Positions 14,001 to 26,189 of a DNA stretch of 62,871 nucleotides are shown here, piece after piece. The position numbers and the translations under genes were made by a program. Numbering within the stretch: position 1 is the stretch's first letter; the number at the start of each line of letters is the position of its first letter. The notes under the pieces were generated by a model. That model did not search any database and was not told the origin of the DNA. It saw nothing but the letters and a program-made list of their open reading frames with translations. The stretch is from Welwitschia mirabilis. Its lineage: Eukaryota. The DNA lies in the NCBI GenBank assembly GCA_051453625.1, contig JBOZIK010000001.1, positions 1,549,798-1,612,668 on the forward strand, given 5' to 3'.

Positions 14001-15956
14001 GGGATGAAAGCTAGAAAGACATCAAAATGTTACAAGAATTATCAATAAGCAACATGCAATTTTGTGTATCTCTATTTAATGCCTATCTATATTATCTAGA
14101 AAGTGGAAAACACTTTAAGTACTTTTAGGTTCTAAAAATTTTCATTAGATTTAATTATTGCATCAATAATTGCAGTTCTAATTAAAGTAACTCCATTGTA
14201 AAAATAACTCACTAATAAATGAAGCAAGCTACTTAAGTTCTTTAACATATATACCCTATACTAAATAATATACATGTTTCATGGAAATGATAATTATCCC
14301 TAAAATCAAGAAAAAACAAAGAAATAATATAGTGAAAAAATGAAATATGAGGTTATCATAAAGTGTAAGTATGCCATAATCCATTTAATACCTATAAAAA
14401 TGAGGATTGCTCGTAATCAAAGCTAGAATATAGCCACTCAATTATTCTTCCATCCATAGAATTGTACCTTAGTAATGTTGGTTTCGTGTAAATCATATGC
14501 ATAGGTTCTTGCATTCCAAATAAATAATAGATAATGGTATTAAATATCGATAGATAAAGCTAAAGAAGGCTTTGAATCTTCAATGGAACTAGAAATGTAT
14601 AAATTGATAATCATTTTTTTTAAATTTGGATTTTTCCTATCGTTTTTGCATCTTTAAAGGTTTTATCCAAAAAAGAGAACCATATGACTTGACCTTTGCA
14701 AAAGGATAATCGATAACATATATTTAAGTGTGAATTGGAATAAAAACAACATATGACATGGATCTAAGTGTACACTGGCCTTAGCCATGTATGATATGAA
14801 AGGAGGATACCGCAAACTCAAGGATGTCTTCATTTCATTCATAAGTAGAAATGGACTGAGCCTATACTCCAAATTCAACCCTTTCATGTTGAATTTCAAG
14901 CATAGTAATGAAGGAATTCAACCATTAAAGAATGTAACTTTTTTTATTATCATCAGATCCCTTGCTTGCTTTCAGGTTAATAATCTATTAAGCAATAAAC
15001 TCTTGGTGTCTTTCCTTATGAATAATCCTAGAAATTGGGGTCTCTAAACTATCCATAAAATCTTTGTCAACTAGATTCCAAATTATATGTCAGATTTGTA
15101 ATTTCTTTTTATGAGAGCTTTGCTTGGATTCCAAATGATACATACAAAACCAATTCTAGATGTTATAGGTACTATTCTAGTTTTGATTCCTTTAATTCTT
15201 TTTTAAAGAGAGAAGAGTGAAAAATAGGGTAAAACTACTTTAATTTTCCTTTCATGTTAGAGATTTTCCTTTCTTAAACTATTGCTCTTCTATTTCAACA
15301 AAGGTATTAAGGATTTAGCCACAATCCTTAAGAAGATATCAACATAATTCAGTAAATGATTTACACGATGCATTCTTGATAAAATAAGAAAGCAAGACCT
15401 TGGCTTTAAAGGAGGTAGCATTAACCCATTGATGGTTCTTTCCAAGTCCCTAATGGGCACCTCAACCTCTTAAGAAAGGGTGAAAGCATAAAGCATTAGG
15501 TATAAATATAAATCTAATGATACAAAAATGACATGGAGGGAATATCGAACTTTAGAAACACGTAAAGAAGAAAGTGCATAATGAATTAGTAATGATGACA
15601 GAAATTAAAGAAAAATGCAAATCTCAGAATTATAGAGAAGTGAGAGCTTAGATGCCTTTTTCAAAAATGTCATTTTGATACCTACCAAGTATACATTTTA
15701 TCCACGAGGATTTGTAATTATCTTTAGCACTTGATTATACTTTCTTTCATCCATTAGTGAGCTGCTCTCCCATCGTCATGATAACTGACTCAAAGGTCTA
15801 GGTCTTCTTGCTCTAATAATGGATTGCCTTCTTTTACCAATTATGTAACATTCAAGGCTCCTACATGCCATCCAATTATGAGTTAGAAAGTGAGGGTGAA
15901 AGTTGAAACCCTAAGGCCACTTCACTTATACAACATTAAAAATTTGAGGCATTACA
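11040..15956 (-). repeat. Repeat B copy 2: ~4.9 kb LTR-like direct repeat (5' LTR position)
   Basis: Homologous to 5091-10876. Minus-strand start TGTAATGCCTCAAATTTT is a Tekay-like LTR terminus and abruptly interrupts a gag region at 15957. Confidence 0.8.
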
Positions 15957-17440
15957 GAAAGGGTAATGTACTCTTCTTTGTTTTCTTATTTTTACATGAA
16001 TTTCTTATTGATACTCTTAAGCGAGTAGTTTCTTTGAGCTTGTCCTAACAACTTTACATCTAATCTCTTTGAAGTGTGGTTAAGGTTGGACTGGTATAAT
16101 AAGTTCTTTAGGCTTCTTTCCTTTATCATAGTTTAATTGACTAGCATTTCCTTCATGATTTATCTAATTTCTATAATAATTATATTGTTGTTTCCTTTTT
16201 TAATAGATAAACCTATGCATGGATTTTCTCTTTTATTCTTCCACTTTATTATTTGATGTGAGTAAAGTTTCTTCCTTGCATTGAGTGTATTATTTGAATC
16301 ACAGTTAATGTCTAACTATTTGATAAAATTTTACATCTAAGAATAATTTGTTTCCTGATAGTTATCTTCATTATAGTACTCACAAATCTCCTATTCTTTC
16401 TCTTACTTTAACCTATTTACTTTCTTTATTAAATCCTCTATTTTCATATTGGTTTTTTTAAATAATTTTTTATGTTTTATGTGTTTTGTAAAGTTATCCT
16501 AAATCTGATGTACCTTTTTCTTCTCTTTCTAGTCACTCTAATTTCATCCTTAGATCATTCTATATAATTTATCAATGCCTTCTCTTATTTCCTGAGCACT
16601 TCATTTTTGATACTCCCTTCATGTAGTATATCTAATTTTTTAAAGTGTTTCCCCTTTCTCTCAATAAATTCCTCATCCTCTTATTAAGATTTATCTCATG
16701 AGTTGGGCATGTTTTTTTTAGAATCCAATATCTATCCATAAGTTCATCAAGTCTTTTATTCTCTCTTTGTTTGATGTCAAATATTTGATCTCTCAAATTT
16801 TCAATGATCCTCATAGGTTGATATTTACTTAGGAAAGCTATGCTAAGAGCATCTTAATTTCTAAAAGTATGGTTTGAGAATCTATGAAATCATAATTTAG
16901 GATGTCCCTTTAGTGAGAAGTAAAAATGCCTTAAAAAGTTAGATTTAGTTTCTAAATAGTTGGCTCTACAAAATGAATTAAAAAGGCTTAAGGGTAACAT
17001 GGGTTCTTCTTCTTTCTTTCCTTTAAAGATGTGAATGTTAGTTGTATTAATATTTTTTATTTTATATAGAGTTTTTAAAATAGAGGAATCTATAGGATTT
17101 AGAGTGGTGAAGGCATAATGATCAATGCTTAAAGGTATAGATTTCAGTGGATCTTCTTCATCCCAATATGGTCCTCCAGTTGAGGTAGAAGTATTTTTAT
17201 AGTTTGAGCATAGATTAATAAATCAAGTTTATTTGTAGCTTATTTTGGTTCCTTTTCAAGGTTTTGGTATCTCCTATGAGAACATAGGCTTCTATTGTTG
17301 TTCAAACTAAAGTGTTAATTTCTTCATCTAACATATATATTTTATGGTTTTGGATATACCTCCTTTTTTATCCCTCCATATTTCTTGCCTATTTGTTGTT
17401 AACAAAGTTTTTAATATAGTAGTTCTTAAAAAGGCATTAG
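15957..17440 (-). mobile_element. Element A': gag region of a second copy of family A
   Basis: 15957-16600 aligns to ~4348-4990. Retrotransposon gag motifs FLRHFYFSLKG (~16910-16940) and RDQIFDIKQRENKRLDELMDRYWILKKTCPTHE (ORF 16632-16814). Confidence 0.88.
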
Positions 17441-17444
17441 AAGG

Positions 17445-17460
17445 CCTCCTTCTAGCACCA
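17445..17460 (-). promoter_or_regulatory. Primer binding site complementary to tRNA-Asn
   Basis: Minus strand TGGTGCTAGAAGGAGG, one transition away from TGGCGCTAGAAGGAGG (complement of the plant tRNA-Asn 3' end CCTCCTTCTAGCGCCA, from recall); lies 3 nt after an LTR-like ...TTTTCA end. Confidence 0.8.
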
Positions 17461-17463
17461 AAA

Positions 17464-17847
17464 TGAAAAGCCTATTATTATACAAATCCAAACTTAAAAT
17501 AGAGAAAAAATTAAACTTATTTTGATTAAAAACTAAATTTATTGAGTTGTAACTACCACATGCACAAACTCAATCATAAAAAAACACACTTTATGGTCTA
17601 TTCTAAGCTTTCTAAAGGTTACATTTTTATTTATAAAAATACTAGGGGTAAAAAGTACTAACATAAAAATTACTAATGAATCATGCACTGTCTATTTCTA
17701 AACAATGTAAAAAATCTTAATACTAATTTCAGCTAAGTTAGTATTAAGAGTAAAGAAAAAGATTCATGAATTCTTTACAAACTTCATAAGTTTGATATCA
17801 GAACTATATTGTAACATACTCAAAAAAATAGTAACTACCCCTTTTCA
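17464..17847 (-). repeat. Putative 5' LTR (or part) of element A'
   Basis: Starts tgaaaag next to the PBS. Right boundary is guessed from a complementary cttttca at ~17847; no second LTR copy in the window confirms it. Confidence 0.4.
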
Positions 17848-18275
17848 AGATAAATACAACTAGAGTTTAGTTTTATAGTGATAAATTCTAGATCTTCTTC
17901 CTATTCCAAAATCTTTTTCAAGAATATATTTTTGAAATTCTGAAAAGATCTAGTTTTCACTTTTTGCTCTCTTTTATATAAGAATTTTATTTAAGCAACA
18001 AACTTTACTCATTTGATCTCCATAATGATTGATACGGTGTAGCTACCTCTTTACTATTACATGGCATTTTCTCTTTCTTTTATGTTATTACTTTCACATA
18101 CATTAGTGAAAAATTAATTAATCTAACTTAGCACATTTAATAAATGCAATGACATTTTGATAATTTAAGGACTAAATATCTTATAACTAATGACTCGTCG
18201 CTAGGTTTATAGTATTGTATTAAATATACTTTATGGAGTAAATTATGTAAAAATTAGAGTGTAAATGTAATTCCC

Positions 18276-19620
18276 TTATTCATTTATTTACAATTATCTT
18301 AATTTAAGCTAAGTTTTCACTTATCTGTCATTCTTTCTTAGGGATGACATAGGTTTAGGTTTAGAATTATACTACATTAACCTTAATGCAAGTTACAAAG
18401 TAAAGAAAGAAAGAAAAATAGCGAATTTTAGAGTTGAGTTTAAATTCATCTTAGAGAGGAGGAAGCAAACTAGCTCCAAGGTATTGTTGATTCATCTTAA
18501 GTAATCCTTCACTCTAATGTTGTCTAATCGCCTTCTTGCAAAATAATAAAAACCATCAAGTGCTTTTGGTATAATTTATGGGACATAATCTCAACCACCA
18601 TATAATAAATGGTGAATCCAACTAACACTTTAGTCTTAAATAATAATCAAAAGTAAGGATTCTTAAAGTACTTAAGATCTATGAAATTAAAAAACTAAGT
18701 GATAAAAAGAAATTCACATAACTAAAAAATGAACTTGATAGTTAAAGAAGTTACCTAATCATTTTAATTATAATTTTACTTATTAATTGAAGTTAAATAA
18801 AAACAACTTTTGCATTACAAAAAGAAAACAAATTTATAGCAAAGAAAGAAAGAAAGAAAGAAAGAAAGAAGAACTCCTCTATAATCCTTGAAAGCTATTT
18901 CACTCTTTCAAAGAGTCATCTAGAAAGCCATCACAAGTTGATGCTCCAAAGTGCTATAATTCTCAAAGATAAAGATGATATAATGAAGGTTTTGAGGCCC
19001 CTTTTATAGTGGGACATGGGGAAGAACAGTGGTTATAAGCCCTTGGCATATAGCATTAGGTAAACGATTACATGATTACATTATGTAGGATGGTTTGTCT
19101 TCTTTTTTATTTGGTCAAGATGCTTATTACAATGTCACCACTTGACTCTAGAGTGTTGCAGCTGCTACTAAGTACTAATTATACCATGTGTCTCCATCAT
19201 CATCCTAATCAATCCTATCAAATCTTGATTTTTGAATCCTTGTCATCATTGCCACATGTCAATAAGAATGTAATTAATTTTTAATGTGGAATTTGATTAA
19301 GCCCATAACTACATTTAATTTAATTTTTTGTAACATTCTAGGAATGTGAGTTTTGAGGTGGTTTGAGCACATAAGCCAATGGTACCAATATTCCTAATTG
19401 ATGGTGTCAATGTCTTAAGCAGATTGATGATAAAATTAAGGCATGTCCTCTAATTCAGCATAATATACCTGAAAGTGTTATGGAAAATAGTTAACTTTAT
19501 AATTAATGTGAAATACAATAGAAGACATGTTTTTATGATAAAATTAACAATATTAATGTCTTATATTAAGGTTAATTGATCATTTAACTTAATTATAATG
19601 TTTATTTTTACATGTTTACA
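18276..19620 (-). repeat. 3' LTR of element C
   Basis: Aligns with 24389-24687 and continues into 35572-36605; adjacent PPT cacccccta at 19621-19629 (minus TAGGGGGTG|TGT). Confidence 0.88.
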
Positions 19621-21299
19621 CACCCCCTACCTAGTCTTTTACTAGTACCTTAGTAAAAAGATGACAATAAAATGGTTAAACATGAAAAAAAAGTATTGAA
19701 GCTAAATGCTCTTAGGTATGAAAAAGATGTAACTTTTAAAATTTTATAATCAATTTTAAGCAATTAAGGCATTAAAATGAATTTTTTTTAAAATCAAATC
19801 TCATATCTCCTAACCAAAACTTGACTTTGTCCTCAAAGTTTATGATAAAAACATTAAGTTATTTGAAAACATAGGTGTAGGAAAATCTCAAAGAGACCTT
19901 TACTGAAAATGATGCAAACTAAGCTAAGAAAAACATAAGCTATTTACAACTAAACAAGTGCTAAGTGCAAAATCTATCCATAAAAATAGTAAATTCCTTA
20001 GGAGTTATTTCTCATAAAAATGGTATGAAGTGAAATGTAGTGAAGTGATGTAGAGTAAATAAGATGGAAAATTCGTAAATGGAGTGAAACCAAAAATTAA
20101 TTAATAAATAAGTAAATTATCCTAAGATAATGATCTTTGTTATAGTTTTTTAGTTTTTTAGTTAATCTCATAATTAACTAAATGTAATCTTGATCGAGTA
20201 ACTTATATGAATTCTAGAAATTATCACTAAATTGCAAGTATGAAAGTTAAAAGACAATAAGTTGCAAAAGGTATTTGATTCCCACCTTTGTTATTCCTTT
20301 ATTTTTTGTTTCTACCAACATGTCTCTCCTTAGTTTAAGCCTTTGAATCACATTGAACATCCAATATTATGACATTTTCTATTAATAGAGTTAAGCATAT
20401 TGTATTATTTAGAAATTAGTGCTGCATTGCTAGCAAGTATTTATATCCCTGATGCAACGGAACATGGCATAATTAGATTGGAAGGGCTACATTGCCAATG
20501 AGTGTCCATAGCCCTAATGTAGTTAACTAAACCCAATTGAGTAATTTATGTGATATGAATTTGGAGAAGAGATACAATATGGTTCTTTTATTTATCTTCC
20601 CATCATATTTTTTTATGCATATTTAAGTGGTTATTGAATCATTAATCTTGTCTCCATCAAAGGATTTAGACTTAAAGAACATTCATGAAAGTAGATCCCA
20701 TCTTTTTAACTAAGTTTTACTAAAATCAGAGATCTTAAGTGAATGTGTTCTTAATTAATCTACTTGAAATAAGTGTACTTTTCCTCAAAAACCCGTAAGT
20801 AAAATTAATCTTAATCATTACTTAGGTGATAATGAAATTCCTTATTATTGATTTTTGTTTTAAGGGCCTTTAATGTAAATTAGTAAGCCTTATAAACTAA
20901 TGGATTAATAACTTAAGTGGATGATTTATGGATTTGATGAAGTGATTTAATAACAAATCTAGTGAATGACAAGGTTCAAAAGGGTAATGAGATGAGTGAT
21001 AATGATATGATGGGATGCTAATGAGAAAATCATCCTTTGAAAAAACTTAGTTTTTATGATGACTTATTATGGAAGACTCAAAAGGATTGTGACTATTAAT
21101 TTTAGAGTTGGAGAAGCAATAATCAATTGATAGCAAAGGATATGAAATATCTGGCTTGGAAGGAGAACATTAAAAGTTATAAATTTTATCAAGTCAATTA
21201 GACTCTTCATGATTACCTAGTAATTTCATTACATTGAAAATATTTAAGGTCATGTTATCAAATAATATTTCATTTAATCATTCTTATAGTTTATTAAAG

Positions 21300-23360
21300 C
21301 ATTTGAAGTTGTGAGGAAAGGTCTTTGTAAAATGATAGACACTAAACTGCATTTCATTGCATCCATTTCTAAGACTATGAAGTCAACTAAAAAATAGTAG
21401 TTATTAACTTAAACTATTACATCCTTAAATATTTCTAAGGGTGATTTCATTGAATTGTTTACTAAATATAATGGGAAATTAGTACATTTAAGGTCATCTA
21501 AATGAAGTTCCTTGTAAATATCATGAGGTAAAATATTGACACTTTATTTCAAATCTAATAAGGCTTGCTTAATGGTTTTATCTCTAATTGTAGTGTCTAT
21601 TGTAGGGTAACTTAAGTCTTTATACTTAGGTAGAATCTAGGTTCAGATGATTACACTTATTTGTGAGGCTAAGAAGCCTATGCTTTAACATTTATGCATC
21701 TTTTTATGATGCACATATCTTTAAGGAAGTTTTCTTAAGAAGGCATACTTTTAATTGCTTCTAGGAGAGGTATGTTGATTTTGACTTCTTTGAAAATGTC
21801 TAAGGTCTTAAGTTGTTATTTCTCAATGTTCCTGTTTCTAAGATGTTGAAGAAAAGGCAAAGGCTCTTTGTATGTAGGCAAAAATTCTTCTAATTTTATT
21901 ACCTTTTTTTAATATTAAAGAATTAGTGGAAAGGTAAGGGTTATTGGTAAGGAGTTGTATCTTTTTCTTTTACTTTTTCCTTGTCTTAAGATTTACTCTA
22001 TATTAATCCTTGGTTAATCTCTGTGATACTTCTAAGATAAGTTACTTTTATTTACTCTAAGTGGCTTGTTATTTCTTCTAGAAATTTAACTCCTTTAGGG
22101 TTGGTTAAGCACTCATAAGAAGTTCTCCTATTTCTCTTAGGTTAATTGATAAAAGGATGTGAGTGGTAATTTGTTAGAGTTAGTTTATGCTTTGTTCAAG
22201 TCTTTGATTTATTTGGTTTATGCTTTGTTCAAGTATTTAATTTATTTGAGTTTATATTTTCATAAACCTTTTGATGGTTTTCTCCAATGGATTAGATTGT
22301 GGTGGTCTTTGGTAGTTGGTTTGAAATGAATGGCAGAAGGATAAAGGATATGGATTTCTTAGTTAATTAATTTGATTGTCTTACTTCCAAGAAAAATTAA
22401 GTTAATTCCTCCACTTGAGGTTATATGTGTTTGATTATGGGTTATTTTTGGGTTTTTGCCATTGTTTCTCTACCATGTTTACCTATTCATTAATTGTGTT
22501 TTGAAATAGAGAAAAGAAGAGGCATTTAGAAGTTTCATGAAAATAAATGTGGTAAATCAAACATTTGGGCTTAGTTATCATGGTCAAGGGTAAATGTGAG
22601 GTAGTTAAGGATTCTACTCTCTTTGCTAATTCATCTTTCTTAATTCACCTAAAATGTTTTTGGAATCTTAAAAACAGTTATTAACATAATAAGATGGTGA
22701 GATATAAAAGGTTTGATAGGTTTATCCTTTTTTTATGAGCACTCACCTACACCTTCTAAATACTCCCAAACCTCATCTAGGACATGCTTAAAAAATTATA
22801 TGGGCTTATTATCTTAATTAATTAGTGGTTATTTATGGATAATCCATCATAAAAAAACCTAATCTCCTTACTTGACTCAAAACCATGTTGAGGACATTCT
22901 AATAAAATGTTATTAAATCATTCTAAGATCCCAGAAAAAATTTTGTGATCCTTTCATTGGAAATTTATTATTTCTTTTCTAATGGTATTTATTTTATAAT
23001 TAGAAAAGAATTTAGAGATAAAGTCTTTACTAAAGTTCATCCAATTTGTTATGGATAAGGGTTTTAGGGTATATAACTAGGATTTTATCTTCTCTTTTAA
23101 GAAAAAGGGAAATAAGGTAAACCTAAGTGCCATAAGTGTTAAGGTACTAAGGGCTGGTTGATAGAACACACTCAAATTCCTTAAGATGGAGATATGAATC
23201 TTTGGATTTAAGGCCATGGAAATGATGAAATAGTTGTATAGTAGAGGGTTTAAATTCTATCCCTTGGTTAATGGATGGTGCTATGCAAGAGGATGTTCCT
23301 AAGCTTTTCAGTTGGAGGTAATCATAAAGGGCTTGCCTAGGTTGATTAGCAACCACAGTG
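21300..23360 (-). pseudogene. Athila gag-protease relic of element C
   Basis: ORF 23147-23356 ALYDYLQ..SSCIAP..IEFKPSTIQLFHHFHGLKSKDSYLHLKEF; then LRFTLFPFFLKEK (~23095-23130); DIFKEVKINIPLLEAIKSMP (~21745-21800); PR region PTIDTTIRDKTIKQALLDL..SVNILP (~21530-21610). Confidence 0.88.
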
Positions 23361-24366
23361 AGGGTAGCTTGCTATTTAGCTGCTTCGTAGGTGAAATAGT
23401 ATGCTATTAAACTATTGAGCATTTTTTATTTGACAAATATCCATTAAAGGAATCTTGGAGATGAAGTAGATCCTTTGAATTATGTTTTTGTGATGAGCCA
23501 GTTTGATTGTTTTGGTTATTTTGTAAGATTAAGGTTTAATATTGTTGAGAGTCATCTTGAGCTCGGTTTTCATTTTAGAAACCAAGTTCTCTCATCCTAT
23601 TATGATTAATAAAAGAGTCCATATGATTTCAAATCAATCTTCCTATTCTATCATGGGTCTAGAGCATGCAAGAATAAGGTCAGAATATTTTTAGACAAGA
23701 AACAGAGAAAAGTATTTAGAGCCTACAAGCCAATTGTATTTTTAAGGTTACAAAGAAGGATCTGTGAAAAATTAAGAGTGTTTAGGATTAAAAGAATGGT
23801 AACACTGGTGAGAACAAAGGGAAACATTAGTTAAGTTTGAGTTCTCAGGCTTAGTTTCTATACAATGGTTTATCAAATTCACAGTGAGTTGTTTAAGTAA
23901 TAGGGTCACAGAAATATTAAATAAAAATTCTAAACATGAATAAAATCAAGCCAATAATAACCAAATCATGAGAAAAGTTTGAAGAGAATTTTAATGTTTT
24001 ATGCACCGATGAAATGTAGAAATAAAGGCAATGAAAAACATAGAAAACACAGTATAAAAATAAAAGCATGCAATGCAATATTTAATTAATTAAAAGTTTT
24101 TAAAGTTTTTTAATACTCCAAAGCAACCTATAAATAAAATTATCCTACATAAAATAAGTTCAACAATAATTAAAAATAAACTTTGAAACAAGCTAGACTA
24201 TTTTGGATAATTCTTGAAGAATAGGTACCAACCACTAGAAAGAAAAGAAAAGAAACATACAAATCAAAAGAAAAGGATTAGTTTGTATGTCACTAGAAAA
24301 ACAACTAGTTTCCACCAGTAGAAAGATTAAAACTATATATCTCTCTAAGCTGCTACCATGTCATTA

Positions 24367-24385
24367 TCCCTAACAATGATTTCAA
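24367..24385 (-). promoter_or_regulatory. Degenerate tRNA-Asp PBS of element C
   Basis: TTGAAATCATTGTTAGGGA vs Athila TTGGCGCCGTTGCCGGGGA (11/19); position next to the LTR and flanks match the better-preserved PBS at 50932. Confidence 0.6.
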
Positions 24386-24388
24386 AAT

Positions 24389-24687
24389 TTATTTATTATT
24401 TTAAAATGATCTAGATTTAAGCTAAGTTCTCAGTTAGTTATCATTCTTCCTTGGAAATAATATAGGTTTAGTTTTATAATTTCACTAATTTAACCTTAAT
24501 GCAAGCTACAAAGTAAAAAAAGAAAGGAAAATGGTGAATTTTAGAGTTGAGTTAAAATTTATCTTTGAGAGGAGAAAAGTAAACTAACTCCACCGTATTG
24601 TTAATTTTTCTTAAGTAATACTTCACTTCAATGTTGTCCAATTACCTTTTTGCAAAACAATAAAAACCATGAGATGCTTTTGGTCCA
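24389..24687 (-). repeat. 5' LTR of element C, left fragment
   Basis: Matches 18276-~18570 and stops at ...gcttttggtcca, where element D begins. Confidence 0.88.
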
Positions 24688-25816
24688 TGTTACATTCCCA
24701 ATTTATGGTTATTTGATGGAGTTTTATGAGCTATTTTGCAGGACATTTATACTAGTTTAGGTGTAAATCTAAATATTTTGGAGAACTAATATAAGATCTT
24801 AAAACTATGTAATTATTACCTATATTCAAATATAAGATCTAAAAAATATGTAATTGTTACCCATATTTGATGCATTTAAGGCACATTTTAATACACAAAG
24901 CTTTGGAAGAAAATTATTGAAAGAAAGGCTAGTTTCTCCTTTATAAAATAATCAAAGAAGATTGTCATCACTATGTTATCCTCATGACACGTAGGATGAT
25001 GATCCTATTATTTACTAATATGGATGATTAAATTAGTACTAAAGCATCATTTTGAATCACCTTTTATAATGAGCTGTCATTCCCCATGTCGTCTAGATGA
25101 CAGTCAAGATGACACTGACATGCAACTGACTCTAACAGCTGATCCTTGACTATTTTATCCATTTATTTTATATGAAAGAATATGTTTCTGAAGTGCCTTC
25201 TTCTGTCATTTTATACTGTGTTTTATTATAAATAAATCTCTCTTTTACTCTCCTTCTCATCTTCATTGCACCTGAAATTCTCATAATAGGAGATCAAAGG
25301 GTGGAAGATCCATCTTAATTATTATAGAAAGATGTTTCCTTGATGGAGGGTTGTGTATCCTCTATTAAGGTCTAGATGTTTTTTAATCCAAATGCTTGGT
25401 TACTCTTTAATATTAATCCTATTGTCTTTATTTTATATTAGATTATCTGATGACCCTTATGGTTTATAAGTGTCTTTGATCTAGTGATAATTTCTTGGGT
25501 GATATAGATCATCAAGGGAAACTTTTATTAAGGCAAAGGAAGTAGCTTAGAATTCTTTGCATTTACATTTAGATTAAATTTCATTTTCATTTGCATTACA
25601 TATTTATTTACTTACATTGTTATTTAGTTCTGGTTCCCATTTACTTTCTTTATAAAAAGTAATCCAAGTCTCATATCATAGTATTCAGTGAGAATACGAC
25701 ATTTGGATTAACTCCTACTCATACTAGTGTGTTGTATTATGTGAGAAATCTATTTCATTTTATAAATGATAGAATCTCTTTGAAAATAAATTCTTGTATA
25801 AATACACACAGCAATA
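24688..25816 (+). repeat. 5' LTR of element D
   Basis: Colinear with 34502-35571; contains a private ~40 bp tandem duplication at ~24790-24870. Confidence 0.92.
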
Positions 25817-25818
25817 GA

Positions 25819-25837
25819 TTGATGCCATTATAGGGGA
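25819..25837 (+). promoter_or_regulatory. Degenerate tRNA-Asp PBS of element D
   Basis: TTGATGCCATTATAGGGGA vs TTGGCGCCGTTGCCGGGGA (13/19), 2 nt after the LTR end. Confidence 0.75.
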
Positions 25838-26189
25838 AGGCTATTGAGAAGTACAAGGATTATCATCATTCGAGTGAGTATATTGGATTTCTATTTTGTT
25901 ATTTATCCATAGCTATATTTTATTTTATTTAGGAATTGTAGTTTTTATATTTATAGTTTGTCAGTTTTTGTTTTTAGTAGTAAATTACTAGTTGTTCCCT
26001 TTGTCGTCCTCATGATAGACAGGATGATACTTGATAATTTTTGTTTTTGTTCTTGATTTTTATTTTTAGATTTTAGTTTTCTATTTAGTTTCTATTTTCA
26101 TCGTCTTCTCTATCGTCCACATAATAGATAGATAATAGTCTTTTTTTTATCTATTTTCTATTGTTTTCTATTTGTAGGATGCCATAATA

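Noticed and set aside
19072..19284. Recurring small ORF family (19072, 36045, 51730; also 34906 and 62465) that looks like a conserved peptide
   Set aside because: All lie in homologous LTR segments; similarity follows from DNA repeat homology and the frame is not kept in other LTR copies.
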